Positions 1 to 13,882 of a stretch of DNA of 64,000 bases are shown here, one piece after another. The translations under genes and the position numbers were made by a program. Under the pieces are notes generated by a model. The model was not told the DNA's origin. It saw nothing but the letters and a program-made list of their open reading frames with translations, and made no database searches. The number at the start of each line of letters is the position of its first letter. Within the stretch, counting starts at the first letter, position 1. This stretch comes from Eledone cirrhosa (taxonomy: Eukaryota), in assembly GCA_964016885.1 (NCBI GenBank), contig OZ024750.1:5890001-5954000 (forward strand), written 5' to 3'.

Positions 1-217
1 ACATGCTCACCGACATCCAGAGTTGACATTGCACTCCGTGCTCCTTTGGGAGCCCCTACATGGACACACTGGAAGAGGAAGACCAAGGTTAACATATGTT
101 GATGCCCTAAGGACAGACACTGGTCTGTTGGAGACGCAGGACATGGCAGCGATAATGAGGGACAGAGACCGCTGGAGAGAACTCGTCCATGGATCTCGGG
201 AATTTTACCCGCCTTAG
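1..217 (+). mobile_element. 3' end of an RTE/RTEX-like LINE (ORF C-terminus), followed by (TA)n
   Basis: Translation HAHRHPEL...LLWEPLHGHTGRGRPRLTYVD...RDRDRWRELV matches the RTE-type C-terminal GH..R...GRP....D...DR..WR pattern; second copy at 32289-32547. Confidence 0.75.
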
Positions 218-253
218 ATAGATATATATATAATTTTTTCATTACCCTTATAA

Positions 254-350
254 GGAGTCTGACGAGCCGTGGATTACAGAGTCTGGCTAGATCGATACAG
301 ATCGAACCTTGAGCTGATCAGTGGCAAAACGCGCGTCACCATCCAATAAA
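254..350 (+). ncRNA. Degenerate type I hammerhead ribozyme with long stem II, in a TA-embedded Penelope-like module (about 232-494)
   Basis: GGAGT-CTGACGA(259-265)-GCCGT...GTGGC-AAAA(G12>A)-CGCGCG-TC-ACCATCC, then AATAAA at 345-350. Confidence 0.6.
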
Positions 351-491
351 CGTAATGAAGGAGTAACCACTTGTCCTTGTTTTATTTTACTATAATACAC
401 TCTGTCTAGCTCTACACCTCGACACTGAAGTGAACCTAAACATCGAGTGCTCACCCGAGTGAACCTACAGTAACTCACCGTTACACCCTCT

Positions 492-564
<73 letters not shown>

Positions 565-567
565 TGA

Positions 568-615
568 GATTCTGTAGGACTAGAACTGTTTCATTCTTTA
601 GAAATCATCAGGAAT

Positions 616-616
<1 letters not shown>
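568..616 (-). ncRNA. Degenerate type I hammerhead ribozyme between (TA)n tracts
   Basis: Minus strand GATTC-CTGATGA-TTTCTAAAGAAT-GAAA-CAGTTCTAGTCCTACA-GAATC; same family as 24250-24300; stem III is mutated. Confidence 0.55.
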
Positions 617-668
<52 letters not shown>

Positions 669-1713
669 CTCGGATAACGAATCATCCATATACTAACCTA
701 TTCTATTGTTTTTCTCATGGTCAGTCATGATAGAGTTGAACGATGGTGAAAATAATTCCAGCCATGATAATATCCTCTTTCATCAGGAGGGTAACCTTCC
801 TATTGCACTAATTTGAGGAAGGTTTAGCTGGAATGTCTACCCAACGTTTTATCTATCTACCTATCTAGCTGTTTGTTTTAAAGCCTTTTAAAATATTTAT
901 TTAAAAACCATCCATCACAATTTTAGTTAATATTCTAAACACCTGTTAAACGATGAGAAAGTTAGTGATTATATGAAATCTCTCCAAATTCTTGATTGTG
1001 TTCAAAATGATCTGAAAATTATAGACAGAGCTTTTCTTAGGAAATATAGTAATGAAAGGGTTAAAATGAATAGCCAGCCAAGTTGATCTTAGAAGCGTAA
1101 AACTCCACTCTACCTAAAGCCATTCTTATTTCAGCTATGATTTTAATACATATTCCATGGGTGGAGGGAGCGTCGTAGATTGAGAGATAACTTGCCAAGT
1201 ATTTGAGTCCATAGGAGAGTTTTAATTCCCGAATGAATCAAATTAACTTCCTTTCTATCACTTAAGGCTTGAAAATTATAACTATTCCTCTTCCTTATAA
1301 ATCTTGTGTCTAAATAAGAAGTAAATATATCATACTGTAAATTTCAACAAGCAACCTAATTCCTTTCTCTTGTTCGAATTAAATTTTGACCGTAGGTTAA
1401 GATTGCCTGAGAATGTGAAGAACTGACAATCTATTGTGTGAAGAGTCAGCTGTATTCACATTTCAAACTGCAGTAAAGGTAATTTCCGGCCATATTTGAA
1501 ACTCTTATTGATATTCCTTTATCTTACAGTCAAAAATAATCAAATGAGTATTTGTCGTAAGATATGGTATATTCATTACCCATATCTTTGCCAATAATTT
1601 TCTCATTATATCGTCTGCACTTTTAATAATGAAACTTTGAATGTGATAGAGATGATAATGTAAGTAGCGCATCATACTGTCAAAGAAACTGATATTTTTT
1701 ATTATCATTATTT

Positions 1714-1906
1714 AGTGAATTGGCAGTATCAGTAGAGCGTTAGACACCATGCTTTACAGCATAGAGTTATGGCCCTTTACGTTCTGAGTTCAAATCCCAT
1801 CGAGGTTAACTTTGCCTTTCCTCCTTACGGGGTCGATAAAATAAAGTACCAGTAATGCACTGGGATAATTGCTGGCCTTGTGCCAAAAGTAGAAACAATT
1901 ATTATT
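1714..1906 (+). mobile_element. tRNA-derived SINE family A (resembles Octopus OR-type SINEs), near full length
   Basis: A-box-like TGGCAGTATCAGTAGAGCG, B-box GAGTTCAAATCC, core GGGGTCGATAAAATAAAGTACCAGT, (ATT)n tail; more than 15 related copies in the window. Confidence 0.85.
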
Positions 1907-3043
1907 CCTAAATTCTGATGTCAAATCCCAACAAGGTCGATATTGATTTTAATTCCTCCATATCCAATAAAGTATTTACTAGTATCATATTGTAGTAGAT
2001 CATTCGAGTATGTTCCCTCATCTCGCTATAATAGCATTTCTGTAGAAGAAATAAATCAATATCTTTGACTTTATACAACGAACCCTTAACGCTGTAGAAA
2101 TCTATATTTTTTAGCTTATCATTTAACCAACTACTAATGTCAAGACAATTCTATTTAAAGAATTAATTTTATTATTATTTTGGCAGGAGAGGGAAGAGAT
2201 GAAATCTATATAAAAATATCTATGATTTGTATCTGCACGAAAATTTATGTTTACAAAAACACTGAATGTTCTTTCATTTTATTTTTCCTATGCCAAGACT
2301 GCTTATCCTTTTCATAGACAAACAGCAGATCGATTGCGAAATCAATAATCAAATAGCAGCAGTATATCTTCTGAACATCAATGCAACCTTTGAGAAATGA
2401 GCTGCCATTTTCGTCTCTTCAACAGTTGTTTAAGAGCCGGAGTTGGGAGGGATTTATTTTACAGACACTAATGTATTGGCCTCTGCTTCAACTCCTCGTG
2501 TATCCAATGTATGAGTCACGCCGGGTTATTTGTACAGGCAGAACAAGCGGATAAAATCTTGTTTGAAACGAATGAGTTGAGTAAAAGTTGATAAAATAGC
2601 GAAATGATCTTAAATATTTTCTTTATAGCGAACTTAGATACACCTTTCACCAGTAGAGTATGACATCGTGACAGTTATGTGCAGATATTTTTTATGGTGC
2701 TAGTTCAATTGTATTATTTACTGCTGTTGTAATGCATAGTAGTAGTAGAGATAGTAGTAGTAGTAGTAGTAGTAGTAATGATGGTAGTAATAGGAGTAGA
2801 AGTGGTGGTGGCAGTAGTAGTAGTAGTAGCCATAGAATCTGTTGTTGCTTCATAGGTCTAGATGATGGTGAGAAATATTAGAGGGAAAAGTGCTAGACGT
2901 ACCGTTGCTTTGGAATAGTAGTTTGTTTGGTACGTGTAGCAGAGAAAGAAAGATATAAAGTTATAAAAGAAAGACAAATACGAGAAAAGCCATAAGAAAT
3001 TGAATGAAAGAGGATTGAAAATAACTTTTAACCAGCAATATTA

Positions 3044-3236
3044 CTCTCGTTCGAAGCAGTGGTTGCAGCCTGGAAGAGACCTCGTTGCAGGTCCCGCATC
3101 AGATGGTTGGATATCATCAGGGAAGATCTCCAGAGGCTCGACATCACCTTGGAGGAAGCAGAGGAGCTGGCACGAGACCGCCAGCGATGGAGGGCGCTGG
3201 TTGTCCTGGTGGGCTCTACACATAACGATCGCTGAC
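3044..3236 (+). mobile_element. RTE-clade LINE 3' fragment
   Basis: A frame not listed in the ORF track reads WKRPRCRSRIRWLDIIREDLQRLDITLEEAEELARDRQRWRALV. Confidence 0.7.
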
Positions 3237-3933
3237 TTAGGAAGACCCTGGCCTCGTTGAAAAACAGCAAGAAAAGGGGAGTCTAGAAAAACTGTTTGCA
3301 ATGAGAAAGGGAGTGTTGATGGAAATAACTTTTAACTAGTAATATAAATTTAAAGGAATATTTAGATGTTTTCTCAGCATCATATATCCACTATAATATT
3401 TGTTTGCCTTTTCGAAGAGATATTGTCAAAACCCATAATATTTGAACAATCTTATATCATATTTCTAAGTATCGCCCTGGATCTTATCTAAATAAATATG
3501 TGTGGATTATATTCTAATATGAAATTTTGTTACTATTGCTTTTCATAAGCACACAATTGTATCTATTATTTTAAACGAATATTTCCTATATTATTACTAT
3601 AATATTTCTTTTATTCTTTCTCCTAAGTATATTTCCTGTTGCTATTATCACCTTTAATGCTTTCTGTATTTTATTGTAGTTATTATCCTGTGTCATTTGA
3701 GTTGTTTTGCTTGCATTACTCTGTTTCGTAATGGAACTTTATCCTTCCAGTATTTTATATGATCTTGGTGTTATCTCTCTCCTGTTATAATCCATTGAAT
3801 ATTTAATCACGTACTTTTGACAATAGCTACAGGAATAGAGTGAGTGTACAAGCATGAGGTAAGCGCACGAATACCAATATATATTAAAATCAATGATGTC
3901 CAACTTCAGGTATTCTTCCATTTACAGTTTAAC

Positions 3934-4028
<95 letters not shown>

Positions 4029-4640
4029 TCTATTTGTATTATTCTTAAACCTTATCCAGAGATCTATCTCTAAGAAATAAGGCTTTCTCACTAAATTCTT
4101 TCTATAAAGAAAACAACTTATTTCTAACTAATAAAACAAGTTCGATGAATGGGGTTGAAAAACAAACAACTTTAAAGCCTGGTGCGCAAACATTAAAAAA
4201 CATCTTGCATAACATTACTTATCCGCTTAAGTGTGAGATAGAAGTCTGCCTTTTCTTATAAAAGCCATCTATACAAGTCTATTCTTAAAAATTGAGTAAC
4301 CTGCGTCAAAGATTATTACCGTAGTATACACATGACTTAATGATAAGATTAAAGAAGTTATACTTTTCGGTGGAGTTGACTACAAATATTCTCTTTCTCA
4401 CTAATCTTGAATCAGATGCTTGCATTGGTTGGGCAAATACTGCATGAAGTTTGGATTCATCTTGTAGATTGTTCTGCAAAAACACGTCTCATAAAGGCAT
4501 ATGTTTGAGTTTATTAATTTTTCAGATTCTCCCTATCCGCCCCCAAGCCTTTATTCCAACTCCCCCGCTTATTAAATTTTGCTAATCTATATCGAAATTT
4601 TATTGTAAGTGATTCATATCGATACAGCAGCTGGAGAATC

Positions 4641-4826
4641 TAATAATTGTTTCTACTTTTGGTACAAGGCCAGCAATTACTCCAGTGAATTACTGGTACT
4701 TGATTTTATCGACCCCCGTAAGGCTGAACGGTAAAGTTAACCTCGGCGGGATTTGAACTCAGAACGTAAAGTACCATAACTCTATGCTGCAAAGCATGGT
4801 GTCTGACGCTTTACCGATACTGCCAA
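4641..4826 (-). mobile_element. SINE family A copy
   Basis: Reverse complement of 1714-1906; AATAAT on both flanks. Confidence 0.85.
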
Positions 4827-5689
4827 TAATGATTTTATTTTACATAACAAAAATATTATATATGACAAAAAAAAAAGAACATTACAAGAAATCCCATATT
4901 ATCGAACGTACATTATACAATTACCGATTTCCTTACGCCCCCCCCCCCCTGCTTTGAAGAATTTAAGCAAATGTTCACTCCACTCACCTTTATTCCAACC
5001 CCCTTTATACCCGAGAGTAGTTAAATAGATATTTATGCCAAGTGTAGTGATTCCACTAGCCAGGAATCACAAACAGTGTTAAAAGCGAACTCATACAATC
5101 ACGGAGCTTTATTTAGTTAATTAAAATCTGTTCCACATATCCTCCTCACAAGCTCACATATATCCAAAAGGTCTGCTCATTATTTATTATTTTGTTATAC
5201 TCGTAATGGCCTAGGAGGAATTTGTTTAAACAACTTGTGTAATGTAGTGCCTGTACATAATGTTTAACTAAGCTAAGTAGGTGTTTTTATTCTTGGCAAC
5301 AAGAATTACCGTTCTGTGGAAAGCCAATTTGGTATATCGATTTCAGACATTCATAGCCATGTTAAATATGCAGATGCCTGATCTACTGTTGCATATCTAA
5401 GCCTTGTATACGGATTCCACTATTAAGTTGATTCTTAGTACATTATATAACTCCCTCCCCTGCTTCAGTGAATGTTTTGAAATTGATGTATGATTTTATG
5501 TTTTAGCAGAGTTCGTTACTAATTGAATTTAAGTGGTCAAAATTCTATTTATTTCAGAAATAAGATTACTGTATTTGCTAGTCTATTCGATGCACTTTTT
5601 TTCTAAAAAAATACATTAAAAAAAAAAACTTCCCTGAATCTAATACACTCGTATCACCGATGGAGGGTGAGGACAATCATAATTAAAAA

Positions 5690-5830
5690 TATTTATGCTG
5701 ACTAACTCTGAGAATATCGTTAAAAGTTTACATACCTGTGGAATGCTCAGCCACTTACTCGTTACTTTCATGAACAGACTGTTCTGCAGATCGAACAACT
5801 GGAACACCAAACGTCAAAACCAGCAGAGGT
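5690..5830 (+). mobile_element. Dispersed repeat, probably the 3' part of a SINE (also at 57896-58045 and 62305-62432)
   Basis: Shared TGTGGAATGCTCAGCCACTTA...CAACTGGAAC block in three places. Confidence 0.55.
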
Positions 5831-6015
5831 CCATTCCACTGACATAGCATATCAAGTGGTTGTACTTTGATAAGTGCAAGTATGGGTAACAAAGTGTGTG
5901 TGTGTGTGACAGCTCACACCTATGCAGGTTTAGATGGCCTCCTCCAAGGTATATCTTGTTGGAGGTGTCTTGGGTGATTTAATGATAGGGACCTCAGTCC
6001 TATCATCTCATTCCT

Positions 6016-6148
6016 ACAGCTGAGTAAACTGAAACAACGTGAAATAAAGTGTCTTGCTCAAGGAAACAACACATCACCTGGTCCGAGAATTGAACTCACA
6101 ACCTTTCGATTGCAAGTCCAATGCTCTAACCATTAAGCTATGCGCCCT
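6016..6148 (-). mobile_element. tRNA-derived SINE family B, 5' half (other copies about 12745-12834, 25470-25587, 35976-36105, 62107-62166)
   Basis: Minus strand has a tRNA-like head (GCTTAATGGTTAGAGC...GAGTTCAATTC) followed by CCTTGAGCAAGACACTTTATTTCACGTTG. Confidence 0.75.
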
Positions 6149-6227
6149 CACAATAAAGTGACAACAGTACCTATGTCTATACATGAACAGACTCATTAAC
6201 TGCTTAATGAACACAACCACAAGGATA

Positions 6228-6398
6228 TGGTCCGAACGTGGAAGAGCCGAACCACCACTGTCCTCGCCCCCATCTCTCTAGCCCTCCACATCGCTCTCGC
6301 CCTCGCCGTCCCCATCTCTCTCGCCCTCGCCGTCGCCATATCTATCGCCCTCCCCATCTCTCTCGCCCTCGCCATCTCTCTGTATGGTGAGCAAATAG
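6228..6398 (-). mobile_element. 3' UTR of the CRE-like LINE family with an internally expanded CTCGCC/CCATCT repeat
   Basis: Shares ATGGTGAGCAAATAG and GGTCCGAAC with 12281, 26030-26100, 45360-45453 and 57635-57745. Confidence 0.6.
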
Positions 6399-7322
6399 AT
6401 AGATTCCAAAGAAATGAAAGAGAAAGCCGAGCTCAGTGGGATTTGAACTGAGAATGTTAGCTGAATCAAATAACAATGTAGTCGTTTTGTCCGATGCCTT
6501 ATTTATTTTACCAATTCCTCGACCATACATACAGATTATATTAAAGTAAACTTTTGCTCTTAATAAAGTGACTAAATAAATATAAATGATATTGGTGGAG
6601 CCATTGTCCATTTGACATTTGAAGTTTCAATCAACTTAATAGTTGGGGGTAAAATTATAATAATTAATGTGGATATCGGGAAAATTCAGACACTAAACTT
6701 TAACTAAAGACAGAATAGATCAATAATAGTGTTGCTAAGCAACCGTTAAAATGGCATTTTGATGCATTTTTCGGTTTACTCATAGACTTAACGAGAGAAT
6801 TAACCAGAAGGAATTTTCTATTTCAGTAAATGTCGAAAGTTTCATCGCTTTCACATTACCGCTTACATCTAAACTATTTATACGAAACGATTTATCAAAA
6901 TAAGTTAGATTAATCTATTTTTTTTTTGTTTTACTTAGTTTAATTCCCTGAGAGACGTTTCAATGAATTATTCTCAATGTGACACACTAAATTATTGACA
7001 CTCCACTAACACAGGTAAACAATTCAGTTCAGTAATTTACCACACTGTGTTGCTCTCGGATATTTAGAAACGAATTTCTCTAAATTTATTTTTCATCAAG
7101 AAAAAACAAAACAAAAGAAAACAATATCATAGTTAATACGACACAGCTTCCATGATGAAATTGCATCATTGTTTAATTTATCACCAACGTGTACACAAGG
7201 AAAAAAGTTGTGTTTGTAGATATTCTAATATTTTCTATATATATCCTCGTTATAAAATACTAGAACGAGTTTAACTGAAATTGTTTTAGCAAGAAGATTT
7301 ACGTGTAACAAGAGAAAGAAAG

Positions 7323-7741
7323 AAAGTAATTATTAAATATATACCATGAACGCCACCACATCTTTTTAACTTTGATTTTAAAAGTAGGTTTATATTTATT
7401 AATTTTCATTTTACTTTTGTAGCTGTCTCGGCGGCCTAGTTGGGAGAATCATAGACGGTGGTGATCCTGGTCTGAAGTTCGATCCTGGTCGAGGGTAGGG
7501 TTCCCAGTAATCCGTTTCAGTTTTTTTCTATTGGTTATAAAATAAAAAATTGAAAATGATTACATGTACCTCTTGACCAGGATTGAACCCAAAACAAGGA
7601 ACTCTACCGTCTCTAGTACCTACCGATAGGCTGCAGTGATAACTACACAAACCTTATGAAAATTCATACTTATAAACCTACTTTCAAAGTTTTCAAAACA
7701 AAATCATGTGGTGTCGTTCATGTCTTTCTTAATATTGCTCC
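7323..7741. mobile_element. MITE-like element with long diverged inverted arms, each containing an inward-facing tRNA-like sequence
   Basis: CATGAACGCCACCACAT(7345) vs ATGTGGTGTCGTTCATG(7706); AAAGTAGGTTTATA vs TATAAACCTACTTT; GTTCGATCCTGGTCGAGGGTA vs TACCTCTTGACCAGGATTGAAC. Confidence 0.7.
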
Positions 7742-8039
7742 TACTTAAGGTCGACTTCTAAATCATTTGGGTGTTCCATAAACTACATCCTCGTTTTGTT
7801 TCTCATCTATCTAGTCTATATTTTAACCTGTAATCCATGTTTCATTTCTGTTGAACCTCATTCCCCCCTCCTCCTTTCTCGATGATATTTGAATCTACTA
7901 TGATTTAGGCTAGTCTCCACACAGCTATTTACATTTAAGGGACCAAAGACCAACCGTCAATCTTCAGATTGTTTAAGTCGCTGTTTCACCGAATCAGTTA
8001 TTCGTGAGTCTCCCCTAAATATATCCATGCGTATTATTC

Positions 8040-8142
8040 TAACCACCCTCAACATCAGCAAATCATTCGAGTTCATTTTTAGATATCTGCTTATACACAA
8101 AGTGTTCTACAACTTTTACAGAAAGCCTCAACAGACTGGTTA
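8040..8142 (+). pseudogene. Possible very degenerate Penelope-like RT remnant
   Basis: Reads FLDICLY... then, after a 1-nt frameshift, YRKPQQTG, resembling the PLE RT FLD...YRKPT.TG motif; short and weak. Confidence 0.3.
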
Positions 8143-8539
8143 ACAAATTGCCTGTTATGATCAAAAGTCTATGCAGGATACAGAAAACAGTACTTCCAAA
8201 ACTTGCAAGGGAACACGATACAATTTCTCAACGAATCTGCTTAACCTATATCTACGTGACCAACTCAAACCTCCTCCAATTAGAGACACAGAAACATATG
8301 TAGACTACAACTGTGCAGCACCTTGGACAAATGTATTCAGGATAATCAATGCCTAGTGAGTGAAATTTTGTAGACAGAAACTGTAGAATCCCACTAAATA
8401 AAAATATTGAGAGGACCCTTCAGTAGTGTCAAGAACATGACAGTCTCCCTAGTGTTGGTGATCTACACAATAAACATACCTAGTACATGCTGTAGGAAAG
8501 GAATCCAGCCACAAAAGCTTGCTAAACGAAGGGTTGGGA

Positions 8540-8718
8540 AGACCCTTCAGTTGTGCTAAAGACATGACGACCTGTCTTGTACTGGTAAAATGTGAATGAG
8601 ATGCAAACCCCTGGCCTGTCTGTGAGGTCAGTAGCACCACTTCAGTACTGACTTGGTCTATAAAGACCCATCTAACCCTTGCTAGCAGGGAAAGCGGACA
8701 TTAAACGATAATGATGAT
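8540..8718 (+). mobile_element. Degenerate RTE LINE 3' tail
   Basis: AAGACCCATCTAACCCTTGCTAGCAGGGAAAGCGGACATTAAACGATAATGATGA resembles the tail at 50702-50742. Confidence 0.55.
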
Positions 8719-11700
8719 AGTGGTCACTTCAATCCAGCACATAGACAGTTGTACAGCTACCCGAAGCTTATATAATAAATAACAGTGAAACACGTTTCTG
8801 AAACAACGAACTTAAATCGATAACTAACAAATCTGTTATTGTTAGTCTTTTTACCAGCGACATTAGGTAACATCAAATACAAGGAACTATCATACTCAAC
8901 ACTAAACATCACAAAACCACTACAATACTCACAGTGTAAAATATAAGACAGTAAAGAATGCAAAACGACGCATGTCTTGCTATGGATACTTTAATATTTG
9001 GTCATGACATAGCTAGCTTATACCATTACTGAGATAGCTGTGAGATGTTCACAGTGATATTTATGTATGATAATTATAGAAAAATATATTGTATATACTT
9101 TTATATATATCTTTAACCACATTGATATATGCACAAACACTATATTAAATTCAAACAATATATTAAATCCAGCATAGGTTGTCAGCTTTGCTAGGACCCT
9201 TAGTCCCTTCACAATGCATCACCATGTGCTACAAAGAACACAACATAGCTCACTTCGCATCCTCACAAGTTGTACACAGACTCCACCTATATACCACTTA
9301 CACAATGAGTAGAATATAAAAGACATCCGATGAATAGAGTTTATTGCAACAGCAAATGGAAAGAATTACATTACAAATACACAGAAACATATAACACCCA
9401 ATACCACTACGACAACACAATGTTAAATACACTATATCACTGAGTTTAGCGAAACATGATAGAATATACTTAGTAACAGCTGCGGCCTCAAGTTTTCATA
9501 GCACCAAACATTGAGCTGGAATATAGAAAAACCAGGATAAATGTAAAGGAACATCAACCGTCACGCTATTACCAACTTCATATTTCTCATCTGAAATCTG
9601 GTCACTGAAAGAAATTACAATATATTTAGATCACCACCTAGCTTCCGTTAAACAGAAAAATATAACGGAATCCTAAATCCGAAAGACATCGGAGACTGAT
9701 ATAATTGTAAATATGTACTCCTAACATATTTGGGAATCTCTGCACCCAAAACATCAACAACTAGTCATATCTAGTCAATCAACTTGCTAGAAATAACAAC
9801 GAGATGTCTTCCAAAGCAAACTAATTTCTTAATCAGAAAGGGCAGACTTGATAATTTAATCTGAGCTGTACCTTATTTGAAAGGGCAGGTGGAAATGTCA
9901 CAGCCGGACCATCATCTCCACATTGGCCGATTTTGGATAAATAACAACAGCAACAAAAACAGCAGCAGCAGACAACAGCAATAGCAGACAACAGCAACGG
10001 CAGACAACCCATCGCTTCTATCTACGGCACGTCACATTGCATACTTGTCCTCTTCCATAAGAAGAAGGATAATTCTCGCATGGATTAGAAAGCTAGTTCA
10101 ACTGTTTTATGATATTTAGTTGTGGTTATGTTTCAAAATCTAAATTCTATTGATGTCAGCCATATCAACTCTCCGAGTCCAATAAAATGAAGAGCAATAA
10201 CAACAGTGACACAAAGGAAAAGATTCATTAGACCGTGAATATTCTGTGCGTTGTTTATTACTTAATCTGTCAAAATTAACATGAGATTACCAGCTGATAA
10301 ATTCTCTAATGTAAAGCGATATTCTCTCTTCGACTAATACCAGTTAGTCTAGAATTTCTTAAATTAACTTTTCCAGTTTTTATAGTGCATTCCGTTCCTT
10401 ATAAATCATCTTTTCTTCTTAATGTAGCTGTTCTTCTTAATGTAGCTGTTCATCTCATTTTCTTTTTCTTGTTCACAATCTAATTTTTTTGCTTAGTCTT
10501 TTTCTTTTTCTTTTCCTTCTAAATTTTGCTCAATTTGTAGAATATTCTAATTATGAGAACTATGAAGTTGTTCGAAACCGTATTTAATGAGTTGAAATTA
10601 TTTTTCAAATAATACACTCTCCATCACAAATACTCTCTCCATTACTACCCCGACCCTCATTCTATCTTTTTTCTCCTTTTCACTAGAAATTAATTCACTG
10701 TTTGGACTGAAGATCGAGCAATCGAGCAACGAAAGCATTTTCTATAAGCTAGTAAAATGGCGCCAGCTACCGCTTGTGGTGTGTTTAGTCAGCCGCATTA
10801 ATAGAACTGAAAACTAGAGTCACTATAACATTTTCAATGGCGGTTCAGTTTTCATTTGAATATCTTAATCACGTGTTAATTTAAAGTGCCTGAATAAAGC
10901 CGCTTAAATTTCATTCTTGCATAACAGCATTGAATGTTTTGGAAACTATTGAAATTACATTTCTTTTAAATCATTGATTTTGAGGAAAATGATCAAAATT
11001 TTATTGCAAAACTATTGAATCCTTTTTTATCTTCAATTCTTCATTAACTATTGATATCCCTCACCGTAACATTTCTGAAACATTTTGTGACTTCTACGTC
11101 ATTAAGAGATTTGTATCGTTCAATAATAAGTTTGCCTCACATATAATGAATGACATTCAACAAGATAGAGAACTATTTACACATACATGTTTACGTAAAC
11201 ACTTAGTTTAATATAATACCACATCTAAATATTTATACATGCCTGTACGTTCATCTATTATCTTCACGTATATTTCGATTTGATTGAATATTATTAATTT
11301 GCAAATATTACTTCCCATAAGATGTTTTTTTCGGGTTCAAGTACTCATTCTTTCGTTTTGAACCCATCTAAACGACTGAAGATAACCAAAAGGAAAAAGA
11401 AATTACTTATATATTGCATATAGATATTATAGAAAAAAACTAATTTATTAGCAAATGTATAGAAATATACATAAGGGCCAATGTAAGTATATCTTAGATT
11501 TGAGGGTTTATATAGGCATATTTGTCTGATAGTTCTTTAGCTATTTACAACCAAATTCCTGATAGGACATCGTCTGAAGTTGTATAAAGCCAAAAAAAAA
11601 AATAGCATTCAGAATTTTCAGTTTTCTCAGTACAGCCCTGAAAGGATTTATACTCTCATGAGATCGTATTAATCTATACATGCATTGTATAAATCAACTT

Positions 11701-12278
11701 CAGATGAAATCATATTTACACATCTTCTCGTCGTTTTCCAAGAACAGCTGAAGAACCATTATAATCACTAAAGAACATCAAATGCAAGCAACCAGCACGA
11801 TCAATAACATAAACGAGCCACAAAGAAAATATTAAAACATATTGCTAGCAGTTAGTTCACACACCATCTAGCCAGGATTCAGATAAAATATAGAAGATAA
11901 AATATTGTAAGCAAACTGACGTATATAATCAAAACTCTCACAGATATATTATTTGGGAAATGAGATAACAAAAAGAAATATACATTAGATCAACATTGCC
12001 TCGACTTAAAATATTTCCTCCATAAACAACACAAAATACATGGTTCGTATATTTACAGGTTACACACACATAATATAACATTTGTACATTGTAACAAAAA
12101 TACTGAAAATGAAAGTCCACCTCTTTGTTACTATATCAAACTTTAACTGCTGTATTCCACACCACTATATACAAAAGCAAACTTAACCAGGCACTCTGGC
12201 CCTGAGCAGTAATACTTTTTCTTTTTTTTAAATTTAATCTTTTGACATTTATTTACAATTGTTTATAACTTTGCCTAT

Positions 12279-12640
12279 TGTATGGTGAGCAAATAGGGTC
12301 CCACGGGCAGGCCTCCCCACAGCCCCGGCGGACAGGATGGTGAAGGCGTTTCCCCGGAGGATGGTAAGAGAGATGCGCTGGAAGAGCCATTCCAATTCGC
12401 GAGGTTCACACCTGCGGCTGGACAGTTCAGCGTCTATGGTGGTGAATAGGGAGCTAGACATAGGGCCAAGGACACAAGAAGTCTCCACTGCCAAGGGCAC
12501 GACCGCGAACCTGTCGGAGAGCGACCGGTACTTGGAGAGTTTGGCCTCCTCAGCCCGACGTGCAGCAGTACCTGGGTTAGTCGCATGCTGCACTAGGTTG
12601 CGGCTGGAGAAAGTGTCGCTGCAAGTGGCATCCCAGGAGG
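12279..12640 (-). mobile_element. CRE-clade-like non-LTR retrotransposon 3' fragment (restriction-like endonuclease domain)
   Basis: WDATCSDT...AEEAKLSKY...VPLAVETSCVLG...LFQRISLTILRGNA, typical RLE C-terminus of CRE-type elements. Confidence 0.75.
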
Positions 12641-13030
12641 GTCCTATTTATGGGATAACTAATTACATTATTCGAGTAGCGCCGGTAAATTATTATAAGC
12701 CATTGAAACCAAAAGAAACATTTACAATGCATCAGAACAAGATTATCTTGTTCAAAGACACCACGTGACAGCGGGAATCAAACTGAATATCTTACGCTCA
12801 TGAGCCGAACACCCTACCCACTAAGCCACGCACCTTCACAGAGGAGTTATATAATTGTTAAACTATTGGTGTATAATCAGAACAAATCTATCATACAGGA
12901 TGTAAGTTAATCAACCCTACTTCCTATTCCTTGTGTTCTTTATTTCACTAAACACAGGTTTATATCGATTAAAACACCATCGATCTCAGGGGCTACAGGA
13001 TGGCTACAGTCAAATGACTGACCCTCTCCC

Positions 13031-13371
13031 ATATATATATATATACACACATATATATATTATATACATACATATATATATATATTTATATACATACATA
13101 TACACACATATTTATATACATACATATACATATATATTTATATACATACATATACATCTATATTTATATACATACATATACATCTATATTTATATACATA
13201 CATATACATCTATATTTATATACATACATATACATCTATATACATCTATATACATATATATTTATATACATACATATACATATATATTTATATACATACA
13301 TATATATCTATATATATACATATACATATATACATACATACATACATACACATACATACATACATACATAC

Positions 13372-13404
<33 letters not shown>

Positions 13405-13425
13405 TACATACATACATACATACAT

Positions 13426-13457
<32 letters not shown>
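13031..13457. repeat. Compound (TA)/(TACA)/(GA) microsatellite
   Basis: Direct inspection. Confidence 0.95.
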
Positions 13458-13461
<4 letters not shown>

Positions 13462-13882
13462 AGTAGAATAGCAGTCAGTGTTGTAGCCTATGAACTAAAC
13501 GTAATGGCATATTACAAAATGTTCGATATCGATTAGCTCAAGGTACAATCGAAATGACGGGGCCGGACTCTTGTTCGACATCTTGTCCGGTATACGAATT
13601 TATATGTGCAAAGACACATCTAAGATCTTTGCAAATATAAACTCGCATATCTGACGAGATGTCGAAAAAGAGTCGTGCACCGTCAATTTGATTAGATCCC
13701 AAGCTGATCAATATCGAAATAGTTGTAATATGCCAATAAAGTTTGTACATAGGCTGCAACACTTCGATTCCTCTTAATCTATTTACACTGATCACTACTG
13801 TCGCCTTAACTCTGGAATACAACCCAGCATTGAGTGCTTCAAACGGTGCGCTGCCTGCAACTGTAGTTACACACATAAATAA

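Noticed and set aside
3014-3347. Imperfect direct repeat GAAA(A)TAACTTTTAAC.AG.AATAT flanking the RTE fragment
   Set aside because: It could be a decayed TSD, but element boundaries are unclear, so it is not claimed
7423-7497. Functional tRNA gene (also the SINE heads)
   Set aside because: A/B-box-like motifs are present but no convincing acceptor or anticodon stems
9395-9640. Possible GIY-YIG remnant (NVKYTIS...KEH); similar hints at 56480-56790
   Set aside because: Too degenerate to call without a profile search
10704-10742. CTGAAGA...GAAA hammerhead-like spacing
   Set aside because: No stem I pairing and stem II does not abut GAAA
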